From Phoronis australis (lineage: Eukaryota; Animalia; Phoronida), in the NCBI GenBank assembly GCA_002633005.1, contig NMRA01000034.1:142136-206135 (forward strand): DNA of 64,000 bases, written 5' to 3'. Both the position numbers and the translations under genes were made by a program. Each line of letters starts with the position of its first letter. Positions within the stretch are counted from its first letter, which is position 1. Positions 49,938 to 62,501 of this stretch are shown in pieces. Below the pieces are notes generated by a model. It saw only the letters and a program-made list of their open reading frames with translations, made no database searches and had not been told where the DNA came from.

Positions 49938-52900
49938 ATCAAGAAATTCAGGGCTGTGATTGGTTAACTGCTTATTGATTCACGAGTGAAACTTGGTCGT
50001 CAGCCTTGAGAATCGGATGACTTGTTTTATTTTGTTAGCTATATGCTGAGTAGTCTCGCTCCAACCTCCAGCGTGCAGTCAGCTGCATGCAAGCCAATGA
50101 TACTGTCAAGCCCCTGACTACTTACTTCCTTATTTGGAAAGTCATGATCGTTGACTCACCTGATAGGTGTCCCACAGTGTTCCACATTTATTACGAACTA
50201 ACACCAGAGCAGTATAGATGGACAGTGAGATTGTAAATGTGTTGTAGCTACCAAGTACACACCAACATGGAAATAACAATAAAAGAATTCCTTTGTCATG
50301 ACGGGGACCAATTCGTGCCCTGGTTGAGAGGACCCGCCTTCGTTGCTAAGTTACTCAAAGTCATTTGTATGATCAATCATTTTCTGAAGAGATTGGAAAC
50401 ATCTTGTCTTGCCATAGTACTAGTCAGTATGCAGAAGTCTATTAAGAAAAAGGTGATCTAAAATTCATGATGCATTCTCTGGCATTTTCAATGTCAATTT
50501 TAAATTTGAACACTTAGTTTGCTGTAGAGTAGGCTTCAGCTTGGTCCTTGTACCAAAGTTAGAAGTGTTTTCTGATCTCCAAAGGAATTGGCAATTGGCA
50601 CTGCTGTAGGCACTGTGCATACAGAGGCTGAGACTGACTCTCTACCCTGACACCAGGTGGAGTTAGTCATTAGTGTCACATGGTGTATGGTATTTGACAC
50701 CTTTTAATAGTAGTTCAGTTTACTTTCAATGTTGTTATGTGTACATTTGTCGAGACTAAAAATTATGAAAGGGGTATTTAATATGTCTTTCTTGCACTGG
50801 TCACTTGTTATATAGCTACACCTGGCAATTTAAATGTTGAAGTCCAACACTCTTTTGTGTCTTGCTACAGCTGTTGTTTAGTGGTTGTAGCAACATCATT
50901 TCCAGTTGGCAAATAAACTCTCTTAAGTGTTAAGCAAAACTTATGCATTGTTTGTGTAGGCTATGTGAAAGTGAAAGCCTTCCCCTAGGGTATGACTGCA
51001 TCGGCGCTTCTCTTCCGCATAAGGGGGGTGCAGCCGTGTGTTAAAAAATTAAGACCTGCATAATACCTTGACGACCAGGAAACTGGAAAGTGGCATCTAC
51101 GTAGGCATAATATGCAACTGAGCCAATACCAAGGAGTAAAATACCCACCCGAGACAATATCTGAGGGTGTGAAATACCCATTCACTCATGGTTCTGGCCC
51201 ATCTAACCCCTGCTATGAGACCCCCCCCCTCCGAATTAGTGTGACGTAGTTGCAGTGAACCATTCATACAATGTGCTCTTGATTTTTCCGTCTACATCTA
51301 TCTTCACCCTGTAGCAGTTCACAAATATTTTGTTGATCTGGCAGTACCCAGACATCAAGAGAATAACTGGGAGCCAGCTCAAGATGTCAATTGTATTGTC
51401 CCCTCTGCTGGATGTCTGGCCACCTTTGCCACCCTCCAAATGTTCCAGCACTCCTTCATTCTGACTTGCTCAACAAGATATTCCGGATCTTTACTATAGC
51501 TCCGAAAAATCCAGAAATTGTCATTTTTGCAGATTGCTTACAAGTGTTAGTAATGCTTGGTTTCGTTTCATGAGATCAGTGTCTACTCTTCAGAATTTAA
51601 AGGTTATTTCAGCAAAATGATTTCTATGATAAGTTCTCATTTGTTTTGATACATCAAAGGCAGGTTGACCTATTTACTGCCCTCTCTCATATATCTAGCT
51701 GCAGGCTGTTTTATGTGGCTGAAACTTAAACACTGTTTATTTCATTTTTAACATGATGGTTCATTTGAAATATGAATGGGAATTGTTTTGAACGTTAATT
51801 GTAAAATGTTGTCATCATCATCAAAAGATTACTCTTTAATATGTATTTTTTCAAACTAGTTCTGCATGCAGGGGTCTGTTTTATAAAAAGTGACACAAAA
51901 CTTACAGTATCACACAAATTGGGTCTTCAACTTCCACATCACATTGCTGAATAAAGGTTTAGTCATGTAACTATGATCGCATCACAGTCTAGAAATAATT
52001 TACAGAAATTATCTCAGTAACTACTAGTTAAGTGTATATCCTCAGAGGCTTTGCTTTTTTGCTCATGTGAGATTTAATTATTTTCCCAAAATAGTTGTGT
52101 TGAGTGTAAGGCCAAATTTCTGACTTTAGTCACTTTTCATGAAAGAGGCCTCAGAAGTGCTTGTTTGTTCGGTCACATGAAATGTCAATCCAATTTGCTG
52201 GACTAACATTTGATTGTTCCATGACAGACAATATTTTAATGTGATGTCATTGTTATTATTTAAGTTTTATGCAAATGGATCTTGACTGATACATACTGGG
52301 AATATTATGATTTTGGTAATGGTATTTTTAGTGTATCACTTAGAAAATAACACCCAAGGTTTTTATAACAGTTCAGGAAATGACACTTAACCAGAGGTGA
52401 CTGCCATTAGTTATATTTATAGAACGTCATTTTGATTGCTGTTATTTTGTATATTTTAATAATTTGTGTTCACTCATTCTGACTTATATAGTGTTAATAT
52501 TTCTATTGGTTCTTATTTATGTATGATATTGTCATGTAGTTGTTGTGTTTGTATACAAACAAAACCATCCAAGGATGGCAAGGGCACTGCTTCTCATGGT
52601 GTGAATTATAGATGTATCTGCTGCTCTTGTTGTCTTTTGCAGAGTTCATTTTACGTAACGTTTGAGTGTTATTCTGGAAATGTGTTTTGTGAACAAAATC
52701 CGTTCCTTACTCTCCAAGAATACAGTAGTTGTATGCGTATATTTTACCAAGCCATCTTGTTTGATTGCCTTGCAAACTACGTGATATTGAACGTTAGCCA
52801 GGATTTTGTCGCAATGATCAAAGTGCGATTATTAGTAAATGAAGAGGAGCCATTATTCAATTATAACGCCTCCCTCGTACACGTGTAAACTAACGGTAAC

Positions 52901-53104
52901 CTATCACGTTGTCTTAGTGACAATCAAGTTTGCACACTTTACCAGAAAACCACACTATTGGACCTAGTTGTAGATTCTCTCCTTTACTTTTTTCCTGTTT
53001 TGAACACATGAAGCCTAGAGTTCATAGGCAAGTGAGAAACGTCCCTAAAACATAGACGATTCTTATTATTATTATGTGTTCAACGTTGGTACCGGAAATG
53101 CGTT

Positions 53105-55905
53105 AATGCTTCCCATGGTCTGTTTCCAGAGAACAATGCTGACTGGATAGGAGAAAATCGGTAATTTATCATGACTGAGGAGAAGTACAATAAGACAATG
53201 GTGAAGTATAAACAATAGAAAAGACATAATCTCTGGAAAGATGGGGAATAAATGAGTTAACAAGAAGATAGTAGAACGGAACTGGGAGGGTTAAAAATTA
53301 AAAAGATTGGTGATTATTTAAGGTCACACAAAGTTATTTAACCTTAACGTGCGAGTTCACAAACAAAGATCAAGGTCACGTGACAATCGTCAAGCAGTAT
53401 CTACTGAAACGGACAAAATTTCCAGAAAACGATATTGAGTGCCTTATAAGAGGGTTAGATTGTTGCGTCCGTCGGGTGGTGTGGCACATCTTCACATGTG
53501 ATAATGAGACGAATGAGCCAACGGAGAAAGAGGTAACAAATAAGAGGGTTAGACTGTAGCGTCCGTGGCCAATGTGGCAGCTGTTAAAATAATGAGAGGA
53601 ATGACACAAAGGAGAAAGATGAGGCAATATACATAAGAGATGAGTCCATATTTTCTAACCCGGCAAAAATTGTTCATATATCAAATAGAATTGTTGTTCG
53701 AAATATGCCCCAAAAATGAGTGCGTCCCGAGCTCTGTTTCCAAAGATCAAATGCAGATTGTGAATAGGCTGAAAATAGGTCACTTATTATCACTGAGGAA
53801 AAGTACAATACAAAACAATAAAGCGTGGACGAGAAGACAGCATGTATAATCTCTGGAAAGATGGGCAACAAAAACTAGCAGACAACTGGTAGGCTATAGA
53901 AGAACTTGAAAGTGGGTCAAAAATGAATGTTAAAAACAACGTTGGATAAAGCAAGTTGCATTGAACACATGAGCTCACAAACTATAAGAACACACCCTGT
54001 CATCGTCAGCCAATAGTTGTAGAACTTGCGGGCCAAAATCCCAGAAATTGAGTTTAACTGACCAAAAAGAGAGCTCTGGACTGTTACGTCCTCGGAGTGG
54101 CATGGCCGCCCTGCACATGGTAATAAGAAAAACGAACCAAAGGGACGAAAGATGAGTTTATTGTCTCTTATAAAAATACGTAACAATGAAGTGGCATGTA
54201 ATTTTTGTTTAACATGAGTCCCAAAAGTAAGCTTTATTTTCAAAGATCAAAAGGAGATTTTGAATAGGCCAAGATAGGTACTTTATTGTGACAGAAAAAT
54301 CACAATACAAAACAATGACGAAGTATAAACATTCAGAAAAACACAATATCTGGAAAGGATGGGATGACCGGGCATCGGTTACAAAACTGAAGCGCCGGGT
54401 AATGTTTTATTCGTTTTGTTCATCTTATTGGTGTTATTCTTAGTCTAATTCGTCTCATTTTAATTCGTTTTACTCTTCTTATTCATATATGCGTCTTGTG
54501 CTTAATTCTTATTGATCTCATTCTTCTTGGTTGTCTTAGTGTTCTTATTGTCCTATTTTTCTTGTTTGTCTTATTCTAATTCATTTTACTTGAATTCACC
54601 TTTTTCTTCTTATCCATCTGATTGTATTAATTCGTCTTGTTCTTATTGGTTTTGTTCTTGTCATACATGTTATTGTATTTGTCTTAGTAATACTCTTCTC
54701 ATTCGTTTCACCATTCTAACCTTTTTATTCATATTAATCTTAGACATCTTGTAACTTACTATTGTCGTGGTCTTTTTGTTTGTATTCTTCCTTTTCTTCT
54801 CATTCTTATTTGTGTTTTTCATGTTGTTTGTAATTTCTAATCCTTCTTGTCCGTCTTAGTCTTCTTACTGGACAGAATCCCCTCATTTGTCTATTTTATT
54901 GTTCTCACTTTCTATTCTTCTTAAAGTCCTTATTCTTTCAGTTCTTATTATTTGTCTTGTTGTTCTTAATTGTCACTTTCTTATTTTTCTTATTTTTCTT
55001 ATTCTTCATATTGATCTTATTTGTATTATTTTTATAATTTGTATTGTTCATATGACACATATGAACAATGAGAAGTCTAATTTTTTCCTGTCATTCTTAC
55101 TCATCTTATTGTTCTTATTTTTTTTCTATTTATGTTTTATGTCTTGGGCATCTCATTCAAGTTGTTCATAAGATACATATTTCTTTTATTGGTCTTATTC
55201 CTAAACCGCTCGCGTGTTATTGATCTTAGTGGCCTTATTTTTCTTAATATTCGAATTGTTCGTAATGTTATTCGTCATATTGTTCTTAATCGTGCTGTAG
55301 TTCATTTTATGCATATTTTTCGTTCTTTCCTTTGTTTTTTATTTGTTCGTTGATTTCTATTATCTAATTTTTCTTGTCGTCTTATTCCTTTCATTGATAT
55401 TATTTGACTTATTGTTTCTATTATGATTATCCTTCTTGGTGTATCTATTTATATTATCCTCCTTTTTCATATTATTCTTCTTGCCGATAAAAAGTTAATT
55501 CAAATTTGAAAAGTTTTTCCTCACGCGACCGACCACGAAACATGCGCGCTACTCAAAGCATTTTATTTTCGATTTGAAAAAGGAAATGATTTTTAATTAC
55601 AAGATAAGATTAGTTTTGGAATAAAAATGAACGTGACCAACAATGAAAATTAAATGGAAGAACCGTTTTACTGAACTACCTACTTTCCTATCTCAAAAGG
55701 AATGAGTGCAGGAAAAGCTGAACCCATAAATAACGATTATTGGTCAGGTTCAACATATGGCCAGTATATTAATGGGTGTGTCCCAAGCTCTGTTTCCAGA
55801 AATAAAGAGACTAGTAGTAGGTGAAAATATTTCATTTGTTTTGACTATGGAAATGTACAACACAAAACAATAAGGAAGTGAAAAATCTCTGGAAAGATGG
55901 GCAAA
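53105..55905 (+). repeat. Ancient diverged tandem repeat (~500-600-bp period, 4 recognisable units) interrupted by a low-complexity insertion
   Basis: Core CTGTTTCCA....GTACAATACAAAACAAT....AATCTCTGGAAAGATGGG at ~53118, ~53732, ~54230 and ~55788. The sequence between units 1-2 and 2-3 is also homologous. Confidence 0.75.
54400..55490 (+). repeat. ~1.1-kb degenerate (TTC/TTA/TTG)n low-complexity tract
   Basis: Strong T skew on the + strand with triplet periodicity throughout. Confidence 0.9.
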
Positions 55906-56122
55906 AAAACGCCACAGGGGGTGTCGAATGGTAGCTCACGCCTGTCCCGTACAAAGGAACGCACACTTGTTTCGATGATGTTTAGAAGACAATGCGTTGT
56001 TGTACGTACACCGATCTCAAGGTATGCAATGCGGCTTATCACAGTCATGCATATTTGTCAGAAAGATGTGCAGCGCACTGCTTAGAATCTACCACGTGAA
56101 TCTGTCAATTTTAGAATTTTAA

Positions 56123-57914
56123 CAGTGGCGGATCTACGGGGGGTTCAGGGGGTTTAAACCCCCCCCTCGGGCCAGGACCCAAAAATTAAAAAAAACAAAA
56201 GCGTCTCCAGCAAACCTAAAACGGCACCGCCAGCGTGTGTAAACCCCAAGCAAACCAACTTGAAAAAAATTGAGGGGGGGTTCACTCTGAAAATATAGTT
56301 TTTTGCATTGTGAATTGCTGAGTCTTTGTGGCTCATCGGCAAAACGCGCGGGGATTTATTGTGCGCGCGCTTCCGTCGACACTTCTGAAGTAGCTAAGCA
56401 TTTTACATGGATTCACCGCTGAAAGAGCAGTTCTATAGCTGATTTCTTTAGGTAACTAGCTTCTTTACTCTAAGATATATTTTGATTTCATTAGGGGAAA
56501 TACTGCGGTGCCGCAACCCTGATATTCAGGCGAATTGACGTGCAGCNNNNNNNNNNNNNNNNNNNNNNNNNNNNNNNNNNNNNNNNNNNNNNNNNNNNNN
56601 NNNNNNNNNNNNNNNNNNNNNNNNNNNNNNNNNNNNNNNNNNNNNNNNNNNNNNNNNNNNNNNNNNNNNNNNNNNNNNNNNNNNNNNNNNNNNNNNNNNN
56701 NNNNNNNNNNNNNNNNNNNNNNNNNNNNNNNNNNNNNNNNNNNNNNNNNNNNNNNNNNNNNNNNNNNNNNNNNNNNNNNNNNNNNNNNNNNNNNNNNNNN
56801 NNNNNNNNNNNNNNNNNNNNNNNNNNNNNNNNNNNNNNNNNNNNNNNNNNNNNNNNNNNNNNNNNNNNNNNNNNNNNNNNNNNNNNNNNNNNNNNNNNNN
56901 NNNNNNNNNNNNNNNNNNNNNNNNNNNNNNNNNNNNNNNNNNNNNNNNNNNNNNNNNNNNNNNNNNNNNNNNNNNNNNNNNNNNNNNNNNNNNNNNNNNN
57001 NNNNNNNNNNNNNNNNNNNNNNNNNNNNNNNNNNNNNNNNNNNNNNNNNNNNNNNNNNNNNNNNNNNNNNNNNNNNNNNNNNNNNNNNNNNNNNNNNNNN
57101 NNNNNNNNNNNNNNNNNNNNNNNNNNNNNNNNNNNNNNNNNNNNNNNNNNNNNNNNNNNNNNNNNNNNNNNNNNNNNNNNNNNNNNNNNNNNNNNNNNNN
57201 NNNNNNNNNNNNNNNNNNNNNNNNNNNNNNNNNNNNNNNNNNNNNNNNNNNNNNNNNNNNNNNNNNNNNNNNNNNNNNNNNNNNNNNNNNNNNNNNNNNN
57301 NNNNNNNNNNNNNNNNNNNNNNNNNNNNNNNNNNNNNNNNNNNNNNNNNNNNNNNNNNNNNNNNNNNNNNNNNNNNNNNNNNNNNNNNNNNNNNNNNNNN
57401 NNNNNNNNNNNNNNNNNNNNNNNNNNNNNNNNNNNNNNNNNNNNNNNNNNNNNNNNNNNNNNNNNNNNNNNNNNNNNNNNNNNNNNNNNNNNNNNNNNNN
57501 NNNNNNNNNNNNNNNNNNNNNNNNNNTGTATACACGCCACACTTTTTCGTATACGACTTTTCGTATGCTAAAAAAGGTGTGTGTAAGCAGATGTTCCAAC
57601 AAAAATTTTTGCTGGTGGCGTGACTCATACCCAGATGTGCACAATATGGTTTCACGAAACTTATGTGCCAAGTTCATGTGACGAAATCGAGAAGGGTTTT
57701 TAATTATCTTAAGAAAAACTCCAGAGACATGTTAAGTGCCAGAAACTTACCAGGGTGCATGGAAATTTCACTATTTGGCTATAAAAACAGAAAATTATCT
57801 TACACGGGAGGGGAAACCCCCTCCCGACCTCCCCACGCTCAGCGCCACGCGCCTAAGATTCGACCTTGACGGGAATCCTAACCCCCCCTTGGTGAAAACG
57901 TAGATCCGCCACTG
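56123..57914. mobile_element. CAGTGGCGGATCTA TIR element spanning the assembly gap, with a 5-bp TSD
   Basis: CAGTGGCGGATCTACG ... CGTAGATCCGCCACTG flanked by TTTAA on both sides (56118-56122, 57915-57919). Confidence 0.8.
56547..57526. other. Assembly gap (980 N)
   Basis: Run of N. Confidence 1.
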
Positions 57915-60135
57915 TTTAACCCTTGATATGTCAAATTGAAAACTGGGAACACGGTCTTATCGATTTGGTTTTTTGCCCTTAATTAAAAGTTAATATTTGA
58001 CATTGAACATAGATCGTTACTGTTCACCTACTTGAATGAAAACTTATATCACATAGGAACAAATTTTACAGTTACTGAAATGCAGTCGAACAAAGCCAAG
58101 CATTGGCGTATTTCCATTTTTATTCAATCATAAAAGCGAACAGCGTAAAAGCGGAACAATTCAATAAAACTGCTGATCGCGATTTGTCAATAAAAACCTA
58201 AAACAGAAAGAAATGAAAAATAGATCGATTCCTAATTAAAATGTGTACAGTACAACTAGAGCAAAAGGCACACCTACAGGGACACAATTGAACATACTGA
58301 TCAATATATGCCATGCTATTTTGGGCAATGTATTTGGACTCCCTGGGCCATAACGAACAGGTAATGATACAAAGAATCTAAGTCTTTCTGACATTACAAA
58401 AAAATCTCCTATTTTTCGTTACGTCCACGCACATTCGGTCAGTTTCCAACCAGAGCTTTGAGTTCATCAGCAAAAATTTACCCTTTACACTCCTTGTCCG
58501 ACAGTTGTACCAGAACTTAGTGAGGATTGCCAAAAGTGCGTGTCTATGGGGAAACACTTTTATGCTTTCAAACGTTGCTACTCGCCTTGCCTAAAAACAA
58601 CTCTTGATTTAAATCTTTTGCCGTTATGAAACGGGACTCGGCTTGTTCTTTACACAGATTCAAGGGGTAGGAAGAACCGTCAATTCCTTGTACTTCCCGC
58701 AGAGGGGTCATTTTAAACACCGAAAATGACGGTCACCCTAAATCATGACAAATTGTTCTTTTCAAGCCTAAAAACCATTTGTCATCTGACTTAGGAACAG
58801 ACTGAGCCCAAGAGCTTGTTTCATGAAAAGTGACTTAAAAGATTTAAAACAGAAATTTGGTCTTAAGCAGGCATGGAACGAGAAAAATAAGCCATTTTAA
58901 CGAAACGACCCCCTGTTTTGTGGCGGCTTTCTAATACTTGAAAGTGGTCTTAAGTCGGAATTTATTTAATTTTTTCCTTGACGGAAAGTGGGTTCATGAC
59001 GCAACTTCTTAAACAAAACACTATTGTCATTTTACAACACACTTAATAGAGATTGGTCATCCCCGTACAAACTTAGTTTGAAAAAACTTTTGAATTGAAT
59101 TTAGCTCATCCAGCGATGCAGAATTAAGCCGTTCATGTAAACAATCACGTACATGTCGGAGACATTGTAAAGAACGACTTTAGGAGTTCAAGATGTACAT
59201 GTAGGCCATCGTCAAAAATTTTAGTCTCGTTAACAGTTTCTTGGGGTAGCTAAACATTCTCTTACAGGCATTTAACCGCGTGAAGTGAGGTTGCGACTAA
59301 GGCATTAGCACCTGAAGGTCACGTGGAGCAGCCGGAACGTGATCAATGGTCTCGCAGCTTTTTCCAAAATAAAAGCAAAAGAGAAACACATGTTTGTATA
59401 GTTCTGTGCAACAATCGCATTTCAGCCATCCTTCATTGTCATCAATTTTGTCTTATGGTATTATCGGAGACAGTATTGTGTATTTGAGATACGCCTTCGA
59501 ACCCAGGACCCCATTGGTTGCAGTCCAATGCTTTGCTAGTAGCCAACCCAACACGGCTGGTATAGTGTAGCTAACGTGAGCAATTTCTAAAAACAAATCA
59601 CAAAAACAGTTATGTATTTCGAGTTTAGGCTAATAGCTTCAAGAGGTCTATCCTATTCAACAATAATTCCAAAAATGCGTTTTTCGTCCTAAAACCAATT
59701 GTTTCTGCATAAGAGATACGTGAGTAAATGTCAACGATAAATACGGGCAGATACCCCACGAATGCGTTCAATAAAACGACAAAGGTTTGATCGCTAGAAG
59801 TTTAATTTGTATTCCCGTAAAAGTTAAATAAAGTAATGAGCAAATAGTCAAATATTTTATCATAGAACAATTAGATACGACTATGCTCTCAGTTTTTTGC
59901 TGAATCACAAACGTAGAGTAACTTGGTTCCCAGCACGCACACTCAGACCTCAGACGTCACTGATATCGTGTTGGTGTGTGGAGTAGACAAAACGTAGTGT
60001 AGCAAATGTCTAGTTCCAACAGGAGTACAAATTGTTGTGTGAAACAAACTAATCAAGGATTCGGCGTTTCCACAGCCACATTGCTGTCTTCAATTCTAAT
60101 AAAGCCACCGAATTTTGACTTAAGTTTTTTTGGTC

Positions 60136-62010
60136 ATGTTCACATCAAGAGTACACGATGACAGTTTAACCTTGGAAAGCTTGGACAGCAACGACAGAAC
60201 CTTAGGTGATCATGGAGAAGATGATTTTGTTTACGAACTGTCTTTCGAAAAATATGGTTATTGGGCAAAACTGCTTTGCACAGGCACTATTGGAGAGATT
60301 GATTGCGTTTTGCGTAGCGTGACATGTGAACAAAGGCGCGAAATGGTGGAAGGGATGTTTTACTTCACAAATGAGGAACAATTTTGCCAAGCCTGTAAAT
60401 TATTCTTGTGTGAGCCAAAAAGAATCGCAGAGAAGGAATTTCTTCGAAATGGAGGAAAAATTAAAGCGTTTAGTACGCTTCAACTTGCTGTGCAAAATAA
60501 AAACGTCGAAGTGATTCAAAACCTACTCGTACGAGGAGCACATTTTAAGATTAGGGGATTGATGAACTGGAACATTTTCCACACTCTTGCTTTATACGAG
60601 TTGTGGGGCGAGCGTGGTAGGCCTATACGAACCATTTATCAGGATATCTCAAACTTTGTTCGCAGTCAACAAGGTGATGCTGTTTTGCACAAACTGTTGA
60701 TGGAAGAGGACGACAACGGACATAGGCCCTTGGAGTTGTCTGTTTTTCTCAGTAGTTTTGAGACTTGCGATGCAATACTGAACACAGAGAACGTTTACAA
60801 ATTTACGAAAACGTCAGTCGGATATTGTGACCTCGTCTGGTTTGATGTTAGCGATTATACAATACAAGGTGACAGAAATCTCTTGTATTCTCCTGTACAA
60901 TGGCTGTTCTACATGAAATTTTCTGACTTGAAAAAAATCAGTAACGACTTTTTGCACGCTCCTTTGATAACCTGGGCTAAGGCAACAAGGAAAAGTTACC
61001 AAAAGTTCGTACACGCCATGTTTCTGAGTAGCGTAATTTACGCAATTACGTTTAGTATTTTGATCAGCGAAGTAATGTTCAAAAGATTTTCTCACGAGAA
61101 ACACGGCTCGCAGTTTGAAAACGAAACGGAAAGTCAACAGCGTACATGTGAGGATAGGTCAATTACCGGTGCCGCAGTATCTGAATTGACTTACGCACTG
61201 TTAGCTATTACCCTGTGGCAGTTGGCAACATTCGTTTCGCAGCTGTCGAGAGATATTTTCCATTGGTACCAAATACGAAATAGGACATTAAGTTTATTTA
61301 AAATTCAAACGAAGAGCACCTCAATAGTACAGATGTCATACTATTTCCAGTATTTGCTTGATTTTTTACACTGTTTGTCAGCAAGTTCCGCCGCCTGGTG
61401 GTTAACGACAGACCAGACGAGGCAGCCTCCGCTTGCCATAATTTGTCTCGTCGCCATTGCCGTTCTCACTAATATATGGTCGCTTTTGTTCTACTTGAAA
61501 TTGTTCTCATTAACTGGCCACTTAGTGATCATCTTTTACGAAATGCTTTCGATTCTACTCAAATTCTCCGTGCTTTTTACTCTGATACTTTTTTCATTTT
61601 CAGTAACATTCTTCGTTATCATTGGGGGACAGTGTTTAATGGATGGCTTTGACACTCTGTACGATAGTACGTATTCAACATTCATAGTCACTTTGAATAT
61701 GATTTCAATGCAGCCTAAGGAAGGTTCTTTTTACACAGAAGAGGAAGTAGTCGTTTCTATATTTCACGTAGTTTTCGTATTAATAGTGTCCATTTTGCTT
61801 TTGAACTTTCTAATTGCCATCATGTCGACAACATCAGTTGAGATCAACCAGCACAAAGACGTTGTTCTTGAACTAAACAAAATACTCGTTACCTACTACG
61901 TAGAGAAAAGATTTGGTTTCATTTTGAGGCGCACTGGTTTCCGAAGTAATGAATTTATTTATCGTGAAGGAAGAGAATATATCCCACATTCAATTCCAGT
62001 CAGCACGTGA
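60136..62010 (+). CDS. Intronless divergent TRPV-like cation channel (ankyrin repeats + 6 TM), 624 aa
   Basis: Single ORF with an in-frame TAA at 60121 upstream of ATG 60136. Ankyrin-like segments STLQLAVQNKNVEVIQNLLVRGA, NIFHTLA and EDDNGHRPLEL. Six hydrophobic helices, S4-S5 GHLVIIFYEML..LLKFSVLF, pore FDTLYDSTYSTF, S6 ILLLNFLIAIMS. Confidence 0.85.
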   Translation: MFTSRVHDDSLTLESLDSNDRTLGDHGEDDFVYELSFEKYGYWAKLLCTGTIGEIDCVLRSVTCEQRREMVEGMFYFTNEEQFCQACKLFLCEPKRIAEKEFLRNGGKIKAFSTLQLAVQNKNVEVIQNLLVRGAHFKIRGLMNWNIFHTLALYELWGERGRPIRTIYQDISNFVRSQQGDAVLHKLLMEEDDNGHRPLELSVFLSSFETCDAILNTENVYKFTKTSVGYCDLVWFDVSDYTIQGDRNLLYSPVQWLFYMKFSDLKKISNDFLHAPLITWAKATRKSYQKFVHAMFLSSVIYAITFSILISEVMFKRFSHEKHGSQFENETESQQRTCEDRSITGAAVSELTYALLAITLWQLATFVSQLSRDIFHWYQIRNRTLSLFKIQTKSTSIVQMSYYFQYLLDFLHCLSASSAAWWLTTDQTRQPPLAIICLVAIAVLTNIWSLLFYLKLFSLTGHLVIIFYEMLSILLKFSVLFTLILFSFSVTFFVIIGGQCLMDGFDTLYDSTYSTFIVTLNMISMQPKEGSFYTEEEVVVSIFHVVFVLIVSILLLNFLIAIMSTTSVEINQHKDVVLELNKILVTYYVEKRFGFILRRTGFRSNEFIYREGREYIPHSIPVST

Positions 62011-62501
62011 GCAGACCCGACGTGACCCCTGTGTTCTGAAGAACATCTGACACCACTGCGATGAACAGCACAGGAACATTACTGTTTCGATTTTGACAAA
62101 TATGGAATTTCAGGAACACGAAACATCGTTAAGACATTTTTCATGATTCTTTTGAATATAGGAAGCCGTGATGTGTTATGATGTTGTATAGTTAGTTACA
62201 ATATTTGGAAAATTGATGTAAAAACACACAAGTTTGGCAGATGATTTGTCCTTTTACGTTGTCCCAACCCTACTGAAGAGTAAATTTAGATAGTTTCTGT
62301 CACAAACACTTGGAAAATGCCGATTGTCAAGATTTCGGGCAAAATTAATGATATTCTTACAAGCGCTTTAATGAAACTTGTATCTCTTTACAAAAAAGAA
62401 ACATAAACACTTTTGAATACAAGCACCACGTTCTACTGTTTATTGCATTCGAAGTTTGTACAATTGCACTTGTCGCACTGGCAACTTGTATCACCCGTGG
62501 C

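Noticed and set aside
54512-55353. Hydrophobic ORFs resembling membrane proteins
   Set aside because: By-product of the T-rich degenerate triplet tract.
56465-57677. Long ORFs of 340-400 aa in the ORF track
   Set aside because: Artefacts of translating the 980-N gap.
59490-59550. tRNA-like sequence on the minus strand (GGTTCGAA with an anticodon-like stem)
   Set aside because: No acceptor stem or complete cloverleaf; at most a decayed tRNA-derived SINE head.
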